A DNA stretch of 64,000 nt from an uncultured Oligoflexus sp. (lineage in GTDB: Bacteria > Bdellovibrionota_B > Oligoflexia > Oligoflexales > Oligoflexaceae): NCBI GenBank assembly GCA_964236955.1, contig CAXSGP010000001.1:53911-117910 (forward strand), given 5' to 3'. Position 1 is the first letter of the stretch. The number at the start of each line of letters is the position of its first letter. Below the pieces are notes generated by a model. That model did no database searches. It saw only the letters and a list, made by a program, of their open reading frames with translations, and was not told the DNA's origin. A program made the translations under genes and the position numbers. This document shows positions 40,526 through 50,757 of the stretch, in pieces.

Positions 40526-43077
40526 CGCCACGCTTTGTTATCGGTATCGACCTGGGCACGACCAACAGCAGCTTGGCTTATATCGATCTGCAAGCGGCGG
40601 ACGTCGGGGAGCCCTACCTGCTTCCTCTCGCTCAATGGGAAAACGAGGAGCAGGTCGTCGAGGACTATCGGCTTCCATCCTTTCTTTGGTTGCTACCCAA
40701 AAGCCTATTAAAAAAGGGGCTATGGCCTCATCCGAGCTTCCCCGAACACAAAACGCCTTGGGTCATAGGCCGGCTCGCGCGCAGCAAAGCCCTGAGCGAG
40801 CCCCTGCAGGTTGTGCATTCCGCCAAATCCTGGGCCTCTACGGGAACAGTGGCGCATCGCCTTAGCAAAATCCTTCCCTGGGGATCTGAGGGCGAAAAGC
40901 TCACGCCTCTGGAAGTTCAGACAGCATTGCTCGATCATATAAAACGAGTTTGGGATGTTCATTTTCCTGCGTCCCCATTTACTCAGCAACGAGTCGTCAT
41001 CACAGTCCCGGCCTCCTTTGACGAAGTCGCCCAACGCTTAACCCTGGAAGCCGCGAAAGGCGCAGACTATCCACCGGGTGTTGAACTTTTGGAAGAACCG
41101 TTGGCCGCTTATTACGATAGCGAAGCGAGAAAGCAGACCACCGACGGGCGAATCCTCGTTTGTGACGTCGGCGGCGGAACCTCCGATTTTACCCTACTCC
41201 TTAAAAAGCCGGAAGGCACAGAGAGGATCATGGTCAGCGAGCATCTTTTGCTTGGCGGCGATAATATTGATCTGGCCCTTGCCCATCACCTGAGCGCCCG
41301 TTTACACTCTGACGAATTGCCTCGCGATGCCTGGAATTTATTACTGGCGCAAGTCCGCCGTCTGAAAGAAAGCGCGTTAAACAGTTCGGCAGAGGAAAGC
41401 TTTCACCTCAGCATTCCCCTCAGCGCAAGAAATCTTTTTGGCGCCTCTCTTAGCGCTGAAGTGTCGAGTGCTGAAATCAGGCAGTGGGTTCTCGATGACT
41501 TTTTTCCGCTGGTCGATAAAAATGACAAACCAGCGCGAGCGACGGGCCTTAAGAATTGGGGCCTGCCTTATGCCAAGGACACAGCCATAACCCGGCATCT
41601 CGCTGAGTTTTTGCAGGGCAGTGAAGTGGATGCCATCCTAAGCGTAGGCGGCAGCTTGTTACCGCAAGTTCTTCAAGAGCGTCTGGCAGACGTTATTAAG
41701 ACTTGGCAAAAGGCTCCAGTCTTGACCTTAAAGGCCGCCGAACCTGAGCTGGCGGTAGCCTATGGGGCGGCCCGTTACGCCTTGCTACGGGCACAGGCCA
41801 AGGAATTGATCGGTTCTCCCTATCCCCGCGAACTTCTTATCGAAGTGGAGGATAACAACGGCATCCAAAATCTTTGCCTCATCCCTAAAAACCATCCCAG
41901 ACTGATCGCCTATGCGGTCAAGCTCCCTGGCTTAAATCTAAGACTTGGCCAGGATGTTCGTTTTCAGACCTGTGCCATCGGAGCTGACGGATCGAAAACT
42001 CCCCTGCCGCCGCTCGTTCTCAAATTGAACGGACAAGGGAAACAAGACCTTATTCCTGTCCGATTGCAAGCCTCTGTTCGGGAGACGGGTGTACTGGAAG
42101 TCCATTGCCAGGCTTTGGAAACGGCTCAAGTCTGGGTCCTGGACTTTGCCATCGACAGCGCCCGCGCTCAGGGCACGGTCAGCAGCGCCCTATCGCTCAA
42201 CCCCCTTCCCAATAGGGACCAGGCTGTCGAACTCATCAGGCTGCACTTTGCAAAGCAGAGTCGGGGCACTCTCAAAATCACCCAATTACCGCTTGCACTG
42301 GAAGCGCTCTTCAAGCTTGGGCGCGAGGCCTGGAACGCCGATCAACTGCGTGGAATATGGGCGGCGCTTGAAGGGGTGATGTTTCAAAGGGGCATCACAC
42401 CCGAGCACGAGTCCATCTGGTTTTACCTTGCCGGCTTTTGTCTAAGGCCGGGTTTCGGCTACGTTGGCGATGAAGAGAGGATGAGTTCCATTCTGCGGAT
42501 CTATGACGAAAGTTTCCGCCGCGTCGATGGCAATGCGCGGCTGTTGACTCATTGGTGGATCTTATGGAGACGCCTGGCCGGCGGCCTTAATCCAGCCATG
42601 CAGCAAAAACTTTTCGATCGCTATGTGCCCGTCCTGAGAAAAGATAAAGACGCTTCGCCTGAGCTCATTCGGCTGTTGGCCTCGCTTGAATGTCTGGGGA
42701 CCTCGGCCAAGGAACAGTTGGGCCGCCTTCTACTGAATCAGCTCAAGGAAGCGCCCAAGATTCACAGCGAGACCAAACTTTGGGGTCTGGCGCGCCTCTA
42801 TGTTCTAGCCCCGAGAGTGGTGGAGAACTGGTTTGATGAGTTGCATCAGCTCCAGCTTCCGGACCAAACCCGGTCGGCAGTGTTCTATGCTTGGGGCGGC
42901 CGGATGAGGGGCGATAAACAATATGATATAGATCCTGCTTACCGTCAGAAATTTCTTGCAAAGGTCGATCATCCTGAATGGCGAAAAGCGATGACTGAAG
43001 TCATGAGTCCCGACTTTGGGATGCAGTCGCAAATGCTGGCGGACTCCCTTCCCAGCGGTTTTGTCTTTCGCAGCTAA
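40522..43077 (+). CDS. Atypical Hsp70 with C-terminal DUF3731-like domain
   Basis: GIDLGTTNS, TVPASFD, DVGGGTSD, LGGDNID; WFYLAGFCLRPGFG and WWILWRRLAGGL. Confidence 0.88.
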   Translation: MTPRFVIGIDLGTTNSSLAYIDLQAADVGEPYLLPLAQWENEEQVVEDYRLPSFLWLLPKSLLKKGLWPHPSFPEHKTPWVIGRLARSKALSEPLQVVHSAKSWASTGTVAHRLSKILPWGSEGEKLTPLEVQTALLDHIKRVWDVHFPASPFTQQRVVITVPASFDEVAQRLTLEAAKGADYPPGVELLEEPLAAYYDSEARKQTTDGRILVCDVGGGTSDFTLLLKKPEGTERIMVSEHLLLGGDNIDLALAHHLSARLHSDELPRDAWNLLLAQVRRLKESALNSSAEESFHLSIPLSARNLFGASLSAEVSSAEIRQWVLDDFFPLVDKNDKPARATGLKNWGLPYAKDTAITRHLAEFLQGSEVDAILSVGGSLLPQVLQERLADVIKTWQKAPVLTLKAAEPELAVAYGAARYALLRAQAKELIGSPYPRELLIEVEDNNGIQNLCLIPKNHPRLIAYAVKLPGLNLRLGQDVRFQTCAIGADGSKTPLPPLVLKLNGQGKQDLIPVRLQASVRETGVLEVHCQALETAQVWVLDFAIDSARAQGTVSSALSLNPLPNRDQAVELIRLHFAKQSRGTLKITQLPLALEALFKLGREAWNADQLRGIWAALEGVMFQRGITPEHESIWFYLAGFCLRPGFGYVGDEERMSSILRIYDESFRRVDGNARLLTHWWILWRRLAGGLNPAMQQKLFDRYVPVLRKDKDASPELIRLLASLECLGTSAKEQLGRLLLNQLKEAPKIHSETKLWGLARLYVLAPRVVENWFDELHQLQLPDQTRSAVFYAWGGRMRGDKQYDIDPAYRQKFLAKVDHPEWRKAMTEVMSPDFGMQSQMLADSLPSGFVFRS

Positions 43078-43287
43078 GCTTTAAAAATAAATAGCCAGGA
43101 GGTGAAACGCCTGGCCCAAAACCACAAAGGAGTAAACCTTCTCCTGAAGGCGAGACTTTTCATGAGTCCATCAGCTATAATTTCTCGATACCATGCAAAA
43201 TAGATCGCCGATCGACTGGCATACGGCGCGTATTCGGCTTTTCTTATAATCAATCCATTTTTGACCTGTTATAAAGGACTTTTATAA

Positions 43288-43887
43288 ATGCGCAATCGCT
43301 TCTTCCTGGCGGGCCTTTGGTTGGGGGGCCTATCGGGCCACGTGTATGCTGAAGAGATCAGTCTTGTGAGTGGCTTCTACCGTTCGCAGGACAATACCCC
43401 AGGCTTTAAAGAAAGCAAAATATCGCTGGGCGGCCGTTACGGGTTTGTTATGAATGAAGAGAGACGTTTTTGGTTTATCGATGCGGGAGTGACATCCACA
43501 AGTTATTCCGGGGATGACGCTCCGAAGGGAGGTTCGGGAATACTTTTAGGCGGCGGCCAGCAGTATTTCTTTAGAAACTTTGGAAAGGCTATTCATACTT
43601 TCCTTGCCTGGTCTGCGGGAATTAAATCAGATAGCAGTGCCGATAAGATCGAGAAGACCGACACTACTGCTCTTTATTACGCTGGCGATGCCGGTTTTCG
43701 CTTTGATTATTCGAAGACCTTTTTTATGGATATAGAAGCTCAGCTTTTTGAAAGCGCCCTCAATAGGACGATCAAAGTCACGCCCAATGCAGGCGGTGAT
43801 GGCCGGGAAACCAAAGTCACTGAACTACAGGTGGCAAGCTTTAACGGCGCCAATAGCCTAAGATTTGGGCTTGGAATGGCCTTTTAG
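43288..43887 (+). CDS. Small outer-membrane beta-barrel protein
   Basis: Signal peptide, alternating strands, terminal LRFGLGMAF. Confidence 0.75.
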   Translation: MRNRFFLAGLWLGGLSGHVYAEEISLVSGFYRSQDNTPGFKESKISLGGRYGFVMNEERRFWFIDAGVTSTSYSGDDAPKGGSGILLGGGQQYFFRNFGKAIHTFLAWSAGIKSDSSADKIEKTDTTALYYAGDAGFRFDYSKTFFMDIEAQLFESALNRTIKVTPNAGGDGRETKVTELQVASFNGANSLRFGLGMAF

Positions 43888-43981
43888 AAAGTGGCTCCAC
43901 CCGGGCGCCCGCCCCTGGCATTGGGCCAGCAAAAAGCCAGGACTGCTCCTGGCCTATATTGGGGATCGGCGCTCGTTGCAA

Positions 43982-44602
43982 TCAACGGATTTGTTTTAAG
44001 GCCTCCTGCATTCCCTTTTTATTGCCATTCTTCTCGCGAACCTTGGCGATGAAACCCCATACGACACGTTTATTACCCGTATCATTTAAATTCTCCAGGC
44101 TGCGCATGGCCCATTGCTCGGCATCCTCAAAAGCCTTTTCACGCTCGGAAACCCGGGCCATCAGAAAGCTGGTGCGTGGATCTCTCAGATCCATCCGGTA
44201 GGCTCGGTCGGCTTGCGCCCGGGCCTCGAGGATACGACCTTTTTTCAGCGAATCCTCGGCAGCGCTGATCAGACGTTTCACCGGCGCTGACAGTGGCTCG
44301 TTCAGGAGTAAATTACCCGCAACCGCCACAGTTGGGGACGGGCCAGACGAAGACTGCGCTCCCGGAGCGTTTGCACCCGGTATCGGCTTACCTACAAGCG
44401 GCTTCGGAGCGGGAGGCGGAGGAAGGGTCACCAGAGGTGCCGCAGGCGCCGGTGCTGGTGGCGGCGCCACTGGAATAACGGCTGGCTCCTGATGTTTACC
44501 AATCTTATTCTTCATGACAGGATAATCGTCGTCGCCCTGATGGGCACAGGACGCCAGGATAAATGCAGCCAACACTAACAAAAAGCTATAATTCGCTTTC
44601 AA
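43982..44602 (-). CDS. TPR lipoprotein with Pro-rich linker (LpoP-like PBP1b activator candidate)
   Basis: Lipobox LASC, PPPAPAP linker, TPR ADRAYRMDLRDP; 24 nt downstream of mrcB. Confidence 0.7.
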   Translation of the reverse strand: MKANYSFLLVLAAFILASCAHQGDDDYPVMKNKIGKHQEPAVIPVAPPPAPAPAAPLVTLPPPPAPKPLVGKPIPGANAPGAQSSSGPSPTVAVAGNLLLNEPLSAPVKRLISAAEDSLKKGRILEARAQADRAYRMDLRDPRTSFLMARVSEREKAFEDAEQWAMRSLENLNDTGNKRVVWGFIAKVREKNGNKKGMQEALKQIR

Positions 44603-44626
44603 TTTCTATTCCCTTTTGCGCAAGGC

Positions 44627-46936
44627 TTAAAACCAGTCAAAGGCCGGGGCGGTAGTCTGAGTGCCGGTTGCCGTAGGATCAAGCGGAACCGCTGGCTCAG
44701 GCGCCGGGCAGGGCCCTGGAATTCCCTGAGGCAAGGTTCTCTTGGTAAATGGTAAATACCGGACCCCAAGGCATTCCGCTGCACTTAGCGCTCCCGTCTG
44801 CCCGTCCACCCACTGATAACTTACGCCTTCAGGAGTTTTTAAGGTTAGGGATTTATGAGCAACCTTCGCCATAACCCTTGCCCAGACAGCGAGACCGCCT
44901 GTTGCACCAGTTAATTGGGTTGGCAGGTGCTGATCATTTCCTACCCATGCAACCGTTAATCGATCACCGGTAAAGCCGGCAAACCAGCTGTCCCTTTGAT
45001 CATTCGAAGTTCCCGTTTTACCAGCGGCATGAATATCCATCGGCAAAAAGTTGAAAGCGGCTCGTGCCGTTCCCTCAAATACAACGGCACGCAAAGCATA
45101 ATGCATGAGGTGCATCACGTCGGAATCAAACTCTTTGTGAATCTTGCTCGCATAGGAGCGTACGGCCTTGCCGTCCCGATCCTGAACCCCTCGAACCGCC
45201 CGGAGATCGGTGTTATAACCTCCGGAAAAGATCGTATAGTAGAGGCCCGCGACACCGAATGGACTCATATCGATGGCGCCGAGCAGCACCGAGGGTGCAA
45301 GCGGAATGTCCTGGACGTGAGCTAACTTCCTGAAGGTTTCCCGCACTGCAGGTAGACCCACTTCCATACCCAAACGTACCGTCGCCTGGTTCAAAGATTG
45401 AGTCAGCATCCTTAAAAGGCTGACTTCGCCGTGGCTGGAGTGATCAAAGTTCTGTGGCTCCCAGACTTTACCGCGACTTAAGGCTACCTGGATCGGCGTA
45501 TCGGCGATCTGCGTCGCAAGAGTTTTACCGGCTCGCAAAGCTGTCAGAAGCACCACGGGTTTGGCCAGGGAACCGATCGATCGTTTGGCATCGAGAGCGC
45601 GGTTGAATCCTTGGTAGTTCGGCACTTTATCGCCCACTATCGCCAGAACCTCACCCGACTCCGACACGGTTACCGTTGCAACCTGGAGGCTATCACCCGC
45701 TTTGCCCTGGGACTTCATAAAATCCTGGACCGCCTTTTCCGAGGCTATCTGCGCAATCGGATCGAAAGCGGTAAAGACGCGCAGGCCATCCGCCGCGAGA
45801 TCGTCCTGCTCATAGTCGCGATGAAGATTTCTGCGCACGAGGTCAAGGAATGCCGGAAATCGATTGGTCTTCCAGTTTTGGCTCGGTTGCGCCCTAACCT
45901 TTAATTTAACAGTGGAATCATGCTGAGCCACCGTGATCTTTTTGGCTTCGAGCAAAAGATCCAGCACGCGATCACGGCGCTTTTTTGCCCGCTCGGGATT
46001 GCGAATAGGATTATAAATGGAGGGACCATTGACAAGAGCAGCCAGGAGTGCCGCCTGGTCGAGGGTCACCCGGCTCAAGGGACGACCGAAATAGAACTCA
46101 CTGGCGAGCCCAAAGCCATGGATTGCATTGTCGCCGCTCTGTCCAAGGTAAATTTCATTGATATAAGTCTCAAGGATTTCATCTTTGGAATAGTGGATTT
46201 CGAGGAGGACCGCGTAAACGGCTTCGATGATTTTACGTTTGATCGACCGTTCTGAGGTCAGATAAAAGTTTTTGACAAGCTGTTGAGTCAGCGTGCTGCC
46301 TCCCTGCGCCCAGCGACCGGCACGAAGGTTGGAGAGCATCGCCCGGAGGGTGCCTTTGATCGAGATTCCAAAATGATCATAGTAGTCCCTATCCTCGATG
46401 GCGAGAAGGGAGTCGATAAGGTTTCTGGGCACGTCTTTGAGTTGGACGAGCTTTCGATCCTCCTTCTGAGAAGGATAAATACCACCGACCTTAAGGGGAT
46501 CAAGACGGGCTAAATCGAGTTCCTGGCTATTCTCGGCCGAGAGGGACGCCACCGTACTTCCGCTGAATCGCACAGTGAGGAGAAGGGCATCTTCCTGACC
46601 TTCAAAAAAGGCGAAAGGCCGGCGATAGAGGATCGCCTCGCTTTCATTCAGGCTGTATTCACCAGGCTGGGTGACTTTTGCCGCTTTTACGTAGCCTAGC
46701 TCTTTGAGTTCTAGTTCCAGATCCGACGCTCCCAGTGAAGCCCCCTGATAGAGTTCAAGAGGCCGGGCGTAAACCTCGGAAGGCAGACGCCACCTTTTGC
46801 CTTCAAATTTTTCGCGCACGGTGCGATCCATGCTGACGATTTTGAATGCAGCGATGAAGAATACAAAACCGGCAAGGATTGCAGGCCAGTAAGGCTTGAA
46901 CGGGAGAAGCTTGTCGCGAAATTGAGACCAATTCAT
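44627..46936 (-). CDS. mrcB: Penicillin-binding protein 1B
   Basis: UB2H-like region (YARPLEL), IEDR, QGGSTLTQQLVKN, SLAK, SLN, KTG. Confidence 0.95.
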   Translation of the reverse strand: MNWSQFRDKLLPFKPYWPAILAGFVFFIAAFKIVSMDRTVREKFEGKRWRLPSEVYARPLELYQGASLGASDLELELKELGYVKAAKVTQPGEYSLNESEAILYRRPFAFFEGQEDALLLTVRFSGSTVASLSAENSQELDLARLDPLKVGGIYPSQKEDRKLVQLKDVPRNLIDSLLAIEDRDYYDHFGISIKGTLRAMLSNLRAGRWAQGGSTLTQQLVKNFYLTSERSIKRKIIEAVYAVLLEIHYSKDEILETYINEIYLGQSGDNAIHGFGLASEFYFGRPLSRVTLDQAALLAALVNGPSIYNPIRNPERAKKRRDRVLDLLLEAKKITVAQHDSTVKLKVRAQPSQNWKTNRFPAFLDLVRRNLHRDYEQDDLAADGLRVFTAFDPIAQIASEKAVQDFMKSQGKAGDSLQVATVTVSESGEVLAIVGDKVPNYQGFNRALDAKRSIGSLAKPVVLLTALRAGKTLATQIADTPIQVALSRGKVWEPQNFDHSSHGEVSLLRMLTQSLNQATVRLGMEVGLPAVRETFRKLAHVQDIPLAPSVLLGAIDMSPFGVAGLYYTIFSGGYNTDLRAVRGVQDRDGKAVRSYASKIHKEFDSDVMHLMHYALRAVVFEGTARAAFNFLPMDIHAAGKTGTSNDQRDSWFAGFTGDRLTVAWVGNDQHLPTQLTGATGGLAVWARVMAKVAHKSLTLKTPEGVSYQWVDGQTGALSAAECLGVRYLPFTKRTLPQGIPGPCPAPEPAVPLDPTATGTQTTAPAFDWF

Positions 46937-47101
46937 GCGTTAAATACCTGAAATTTTCATGGCGATTGCGCAGTCTTTGAGTACAGATGACGGAATGTAG
47001 TACTGAATGGATCAAACCGCCAGTGAAAATTTGTCTTAGTGCCTTTTCAAAAGCGTGTTTTACCGGCTTTTGATAGGAATAGTTCAACTATTAGGGACCC
47101 C

Positions 47102-47935
47102 TTAATAAAGTGTGGTCGAACATTGAGCAACCGATTGGTCGCAGCGACCCAAAAGGCCTTTGACTTTTTCGCAACGCTGGTTGAGCCGACCAAGCGCTTT
47201 CTTTTGCGCGGCCTCCGCAGTTCTGCCCATGCCCTTGACGGTCAGCGTGTTTTGCTTATTCCCCTGCACGAAACAGTTCGCCACATACTTTGGCTGTTGA
47301 TCACCGCAGCGGTGCCAGAGAACTTCATAGACCTGTTCAAGCTGTCCATCGATCGAATCTACGGTAAGCAAACCCGATCCCCTTGTATTCCGGCCCCCTC
47401 CCCGAATAACAGCGCTTGCATTCACCGCAAAATCACGAACCGCATCGTTAGCCTTTGGCCTGCAACCGGACCACTTTATTTTTTGGAGGGGAAGCTGCTC
47501 GGCATGAAGGTAGTCTTCGGCGATCGGGCCCTTGAATCTTATAACCCCCTCACCCTCAGACCCCAGCGTACCAAAACGAATTTCCTGCCGGGCAGTGAGC
47601 CCGGCATCAAGTTGGGCAAAGCCTCGCATGGTCAGGCCAAGGATTGCGTATTCCCAGTTCGCGTCCTGTTCCGTATCGAAAACGAGGCGACAAACCCGGC
47701 GATTGTCGTGGACGGCATCTGGGCCTTCTTCCGCGATGAAATCACTAAAACTGACGGTAAACGCTTCGTTATCAGAACTGATATCGACGGCAACGGTTCC
47801 AGGTCTGCAGGCGTCACCCATGCTCCTGATATTTTTGATCAGAAAACTTGAAGGAACGACTGCTGCGTCCTGAGCTGCCGCAATTGACAATGACGAGGTG
47901 ATGAGTAAGCCAAGGCAAAGGCAAGATGGTTTCAT
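47102..47935 (-). CDS. Secreted DUF4360-like protein with Cys-rich C-terminal extension
   Basis: Signal peptide; GDACRPGT...AFTVSFSDF...C...RGFAQLD...W.RC. Confidence 0.7.
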   Translation of the reverse strand: MKPSCLCLGLLITSSLSIAAAQDAAVVPSSFLIKNIRSMGDACRPGTVAVDISSDNEAFTVSFSDFIAEEGPDAVHDNRRVCRLVFDTEQDANWEYAILGLTMRGFAQLDAGLTARQEIRFGTLGSEGEGVIRFKGPIAEDYLHAEQLPLQKIKWSGCRPKANDAVRDFAVNASAVIRGGGRNTRGSGLLTVDSIDGQLEQVYEVLWHRCGDQQPKYVANCFVQGNKQNTLTVKGMGRTAEAAQKKALGRLNQRCEKVKGLLGRCDQSVAQCSTTLY

Positions 47936-48150
47936 GACAATTCCTTCAAAGCTGGTGGGTAGCGAGCTTATTGAGCCGATATGGTTTGCAGCCTAGCTTA
48001 AACAAAGCCTGGCCAATATCCTTTAAGAACTTAAATCGGTTAAAAAAAAAGAAGGATTTAGGCAGAATTGCCTAACCGCTCGCTCCGATAGGGTGCCCGA
48101 TGTCCCCGTAAGCCTTTTGATAAGATTGGAACTCCGTGCCTCGGCCAGGC

Positions 48151-48942
48151 CTAGGATTTTTCTTTGGCTAGTTTATCGGCCTTATTCAATAGAGTCTCAA
48201 GATATTCGCCAACGCCAACGGTGAGATCGTTGACCACACCCTTCCTGTCGATCAGAATGAAGGCCGGAATCGATGCCATGCCATAGGCTCCCTGCACCCT
48301 GTCGTCGGGGTCTTGAGCTTGCGCATAGCTGATCTTTTCGTGCCCAATGAAGGCATTGATTACGGCTGGATCTTCGTCACTGATGCCTATCACGGTGATA
48401 TCCTTATGAGCCTGCGACCAGGCACTGAGAAAGGGCGCTGCTGCTCGACAGGCGGGACACCAGGTCGCCCAGAATTCGAGAATATAGATTTTGCCCTTGA
48501 GATCGTCACTACGAATTCTGGTTTTGTCAGTGACCGAGGCAAGTTCAAAGCGGGGGGCCGGTTTGTTCAAGAGCTGAGCTTTCGCAAGATCGAGCATGTT
48601 CGGGAGCATTTCGAGTTTAAGTTCTTTGGACTCTTCCTTTTGTTTACGGGAAAAATGGACGGTTACCTTGGTTCCGACACCCTTGCCCCTCAAAACGGCC
48701 ATAAGCTCGTCGCGTGACTTGACCTTCTCCGCATCGATAGCCGTGATTGTATCGCCGGCAGTGAATCCCACACGCTCGGCTGGTGCGCCGGGAATAACCC
48801 GTTTGATCGTGATACCGCCGGTCTCGGCCTCGAGCTCGACGCCAAGCCAGGGCTGCAGCTGCTGCGCGGGTGCGGCCCCGCTAACTTTGGGGAATAAAAC
48901 CAGGATCATGAGAAAACCAAGCAAGGCGACAATTCTTTTCAT
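48151..48942 (-). CDS. Exported PDZ plus TlpA-like thioredoxin protein
   Basis: WLGV...GAPAE..G...GD PDZ motif; FWATWCPAC. Confidence 0.88.
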   Translation of the reverse strand: MKRIVALLGFLMILVLFPKVSGAAPAQQLQPWLGVELEAETGGITIKRVIPGAPAERVGFTAGDTITAIDAEKVKSRDELMAVLRGKGVGTKVTVHFSRKQKEESKELKLEMLPNMLDLAKAQLLNKPAPRFELASVTDKTRIRSDDLKGKIYILEFWATWCPACRAAAPFLSAWSQAHKDITVIGISDEDPAVINAFIGHEKISYAQAQDPDDRVQGAYGMASIPAFILIDRKGVVNDLTVGVGEYLETLLNKADKLAKEKS

Positions 48943-49113
48943 TGTGTGAACTCCCACGTAGTACGAAAGGGAAAGCATGTTTTGTAAGGAAATGGCTTCC
49001 CAAAGTATAACAGGGCACGCTGTGAAAACCAGTCTGCCCTGGCAAGGAATCACCGCCCGAACCCCAGCCTTAAAGAATAAAGCCTGAGAAAGGGGCTGAT
49101 GGCGCCTCCTGCC

Positions 49114-49833
49114 TCAATGGCCCCCAAGATAAGCTTTACGGACCTCATCGTGAGCCAAAAGCTCAGTACCGGAACCGCTAAGGCTGATGCCCCCCTGGCT
49201 CAGCACATAGGCCCGATGAGCCAGCTTTAGAGCCTGATTGGCATTTTGCTCGACAATAAAGATTGTCGTTCCTTCCTTGGCTATGTCTCTCAAGGTCGCA
49301 AAAATCGCCTTTACAATGAGCGGGGCCAATCCTAGGCTTGGCTCGTCAAGAAGAAGGAGCCTGGGTTTGGCCATCATCGACCGGCCGATCGCCAGCATTT
49401 GCTGCTCGCCGCCCGATAAAGTACCGGCCCGCTGTTCACGCCGTTCAAAAAGCCTGGGAAAAAGGCCATAAACTTTTTTAAGTGTATCGCCTTCATGGCT
49501 GCTGTCGGAACAGGCAACAAGTCCCATCGAGAGATTTTCGAGTACCGTCATCGCTGGAAATATGCGCCGGCCTTCAGGAACCAGAGACAGTCCCCGCCTG
49601 GAAACGAGATGGGTAGGCAGCGCCGTGATATCGCTGCCACTAAAGAAAATCTGGCCACTATAGGGCGAAGGGGCCGCAAATAAACTCTTGAGAAGCGTCG
49701 TCTTACCCGCACCGTTGCTGCCGATGAGAGTGACGATTTCCCCTTCATTCACATGCAGGCTGACCCCATGAAGGACCTTGGTCTGACCGTAGGCCACACT
49801 TATATTTCTGAGCTCAAGCAGGGGTTGTTTCAT
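49114..49833 (-). CDS. livF: Branched-chain amino acid ABC ATPase
   Basis: GSNGAGKT, LSGGEQQM, LDEPSLGLAP. Confidence 0.93.
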   Translation of the reverse strand: MKQPLLELRNISVAYGQTKVLHGVSLHVNEGEIVTLIGSNGAGKTTLLKSLFAAPSPYSGQIFFSGSDITALPTHLVSRRGLSLVPEGRRIFPAMTVLENLSMGLVACSDSSHEGDTLKKVYGLFPRLFERREQRAGTLSGGEQQMLAIGRSMMAKPRLLLLDEPSLGLAPLIVKAIFATLRDIAKEGTTIFIVEQNANQALKLAHRAYVLSQGGISLSGSGTELLAHDEVRKAYLGGH

Positions 49834-49902
49834 AAATTCATAGGTCCTTCTACAAAATACGCCGACCCACACGCGGGACGACTGAGCACGAACTTTTCCC
49901 CG

Positions 49903-50757
49903 CTATTCATCATCGGTGCCGAGGTAGGCGGCAAGGACCTTGGGATTGGCCTGTACTTCGCGTGGACTGCCTTCGGCAATGACCTCGCCATAGTTTAATA
50001 CAACGATATGATCCGAAATGGACATGACAAGCGACATGTCATGTTCAATGACCAGAACGGTAACTTTGAACTCGTCACGAAGGCGCTTGATAAGTATCGA
50101 GAGTTCGTCGGTCTCCTGGGGATTTAAACCCGCAGCCGGTTCATCAAGACAAATCAAACGGGGATTTGTGCACATGGCCCGGGCAATTTCCAGACGGCGT
50201 TGACTGCCATAGGAAAGGGCACCGGCGGGAGTATTTGCCAGCTTCGCCAAACCAATAATATCAAGCCAATCAAAAGCCTTTGCCAACGCTTTCGCTTCGC
50301 TCCTGCGATAGCGGGGCAGGTTTAAAAACCCCGAAAGGAGGTTTCTATCGAGATGGCGATGCTGGGCTACCAGGAGATTTTCTACAACTGTCATCTCGGC
50401 AAAGAGTCGAATATTTTGAAATGTTCGGGCAATGCCCGCCCGCGCGACCAGATGGGTGCCGCCGAAGAATCCGTAGACCAGTTTTTTCATGCTGGTCCAA
50501 AGCCCCTCGGAAAGCTTTATACCACCACCCAAAAGAGCGACGAGATCACATTCTCGAACTTTATTTTGCAAAAGTATGCGGCCCTCTTGAGCCTTATAAA
50601 AGCCGGTGATGCAATTGAAAAGTGTGGTCTTGCCCGCACCGTTGGGGCCGATGATGGCCGTTATACTGCTTTCTGCAACGGTGAGACTTACCCGGTTCAA
50701 CGCAATAATTCCACCAAACCTAAGGCTTATCCCTTCGAGCTTCAGAAGATTCGTCAT
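49903..50757 (-). CDS. livG: Branched-chain amino acid ABC ATPase
   Basis: GPNGAGKT, RTFQNIRLF, LDEPAAGLN. Confidence 0.93.
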   Translation of the reverse strand: MTNLLKLEGISLRFGGIIALNRVSLTVAESSITAIIGPNGAGKTTLFNCITGFYKAQEGRILLQNKVRECDLVALLGGGIKLSEGLWTSMKKLVYGFFGGTHLVARAGIARTFQNIRLFAEMTVVENLLVAQHRHLDRNLLSGFLNLPRYRRSEAKALAKAFDWLDIIGLAKLANTPAGALSYGSQRRLEIARAMCTNPRLICLDEPAAGLNPQETDELSILIKRLRDEFKVTVLVIEHDMSLVMSISDHIVVLNYGEVIAEGSPREVQANPKVLAAYLGTDDE

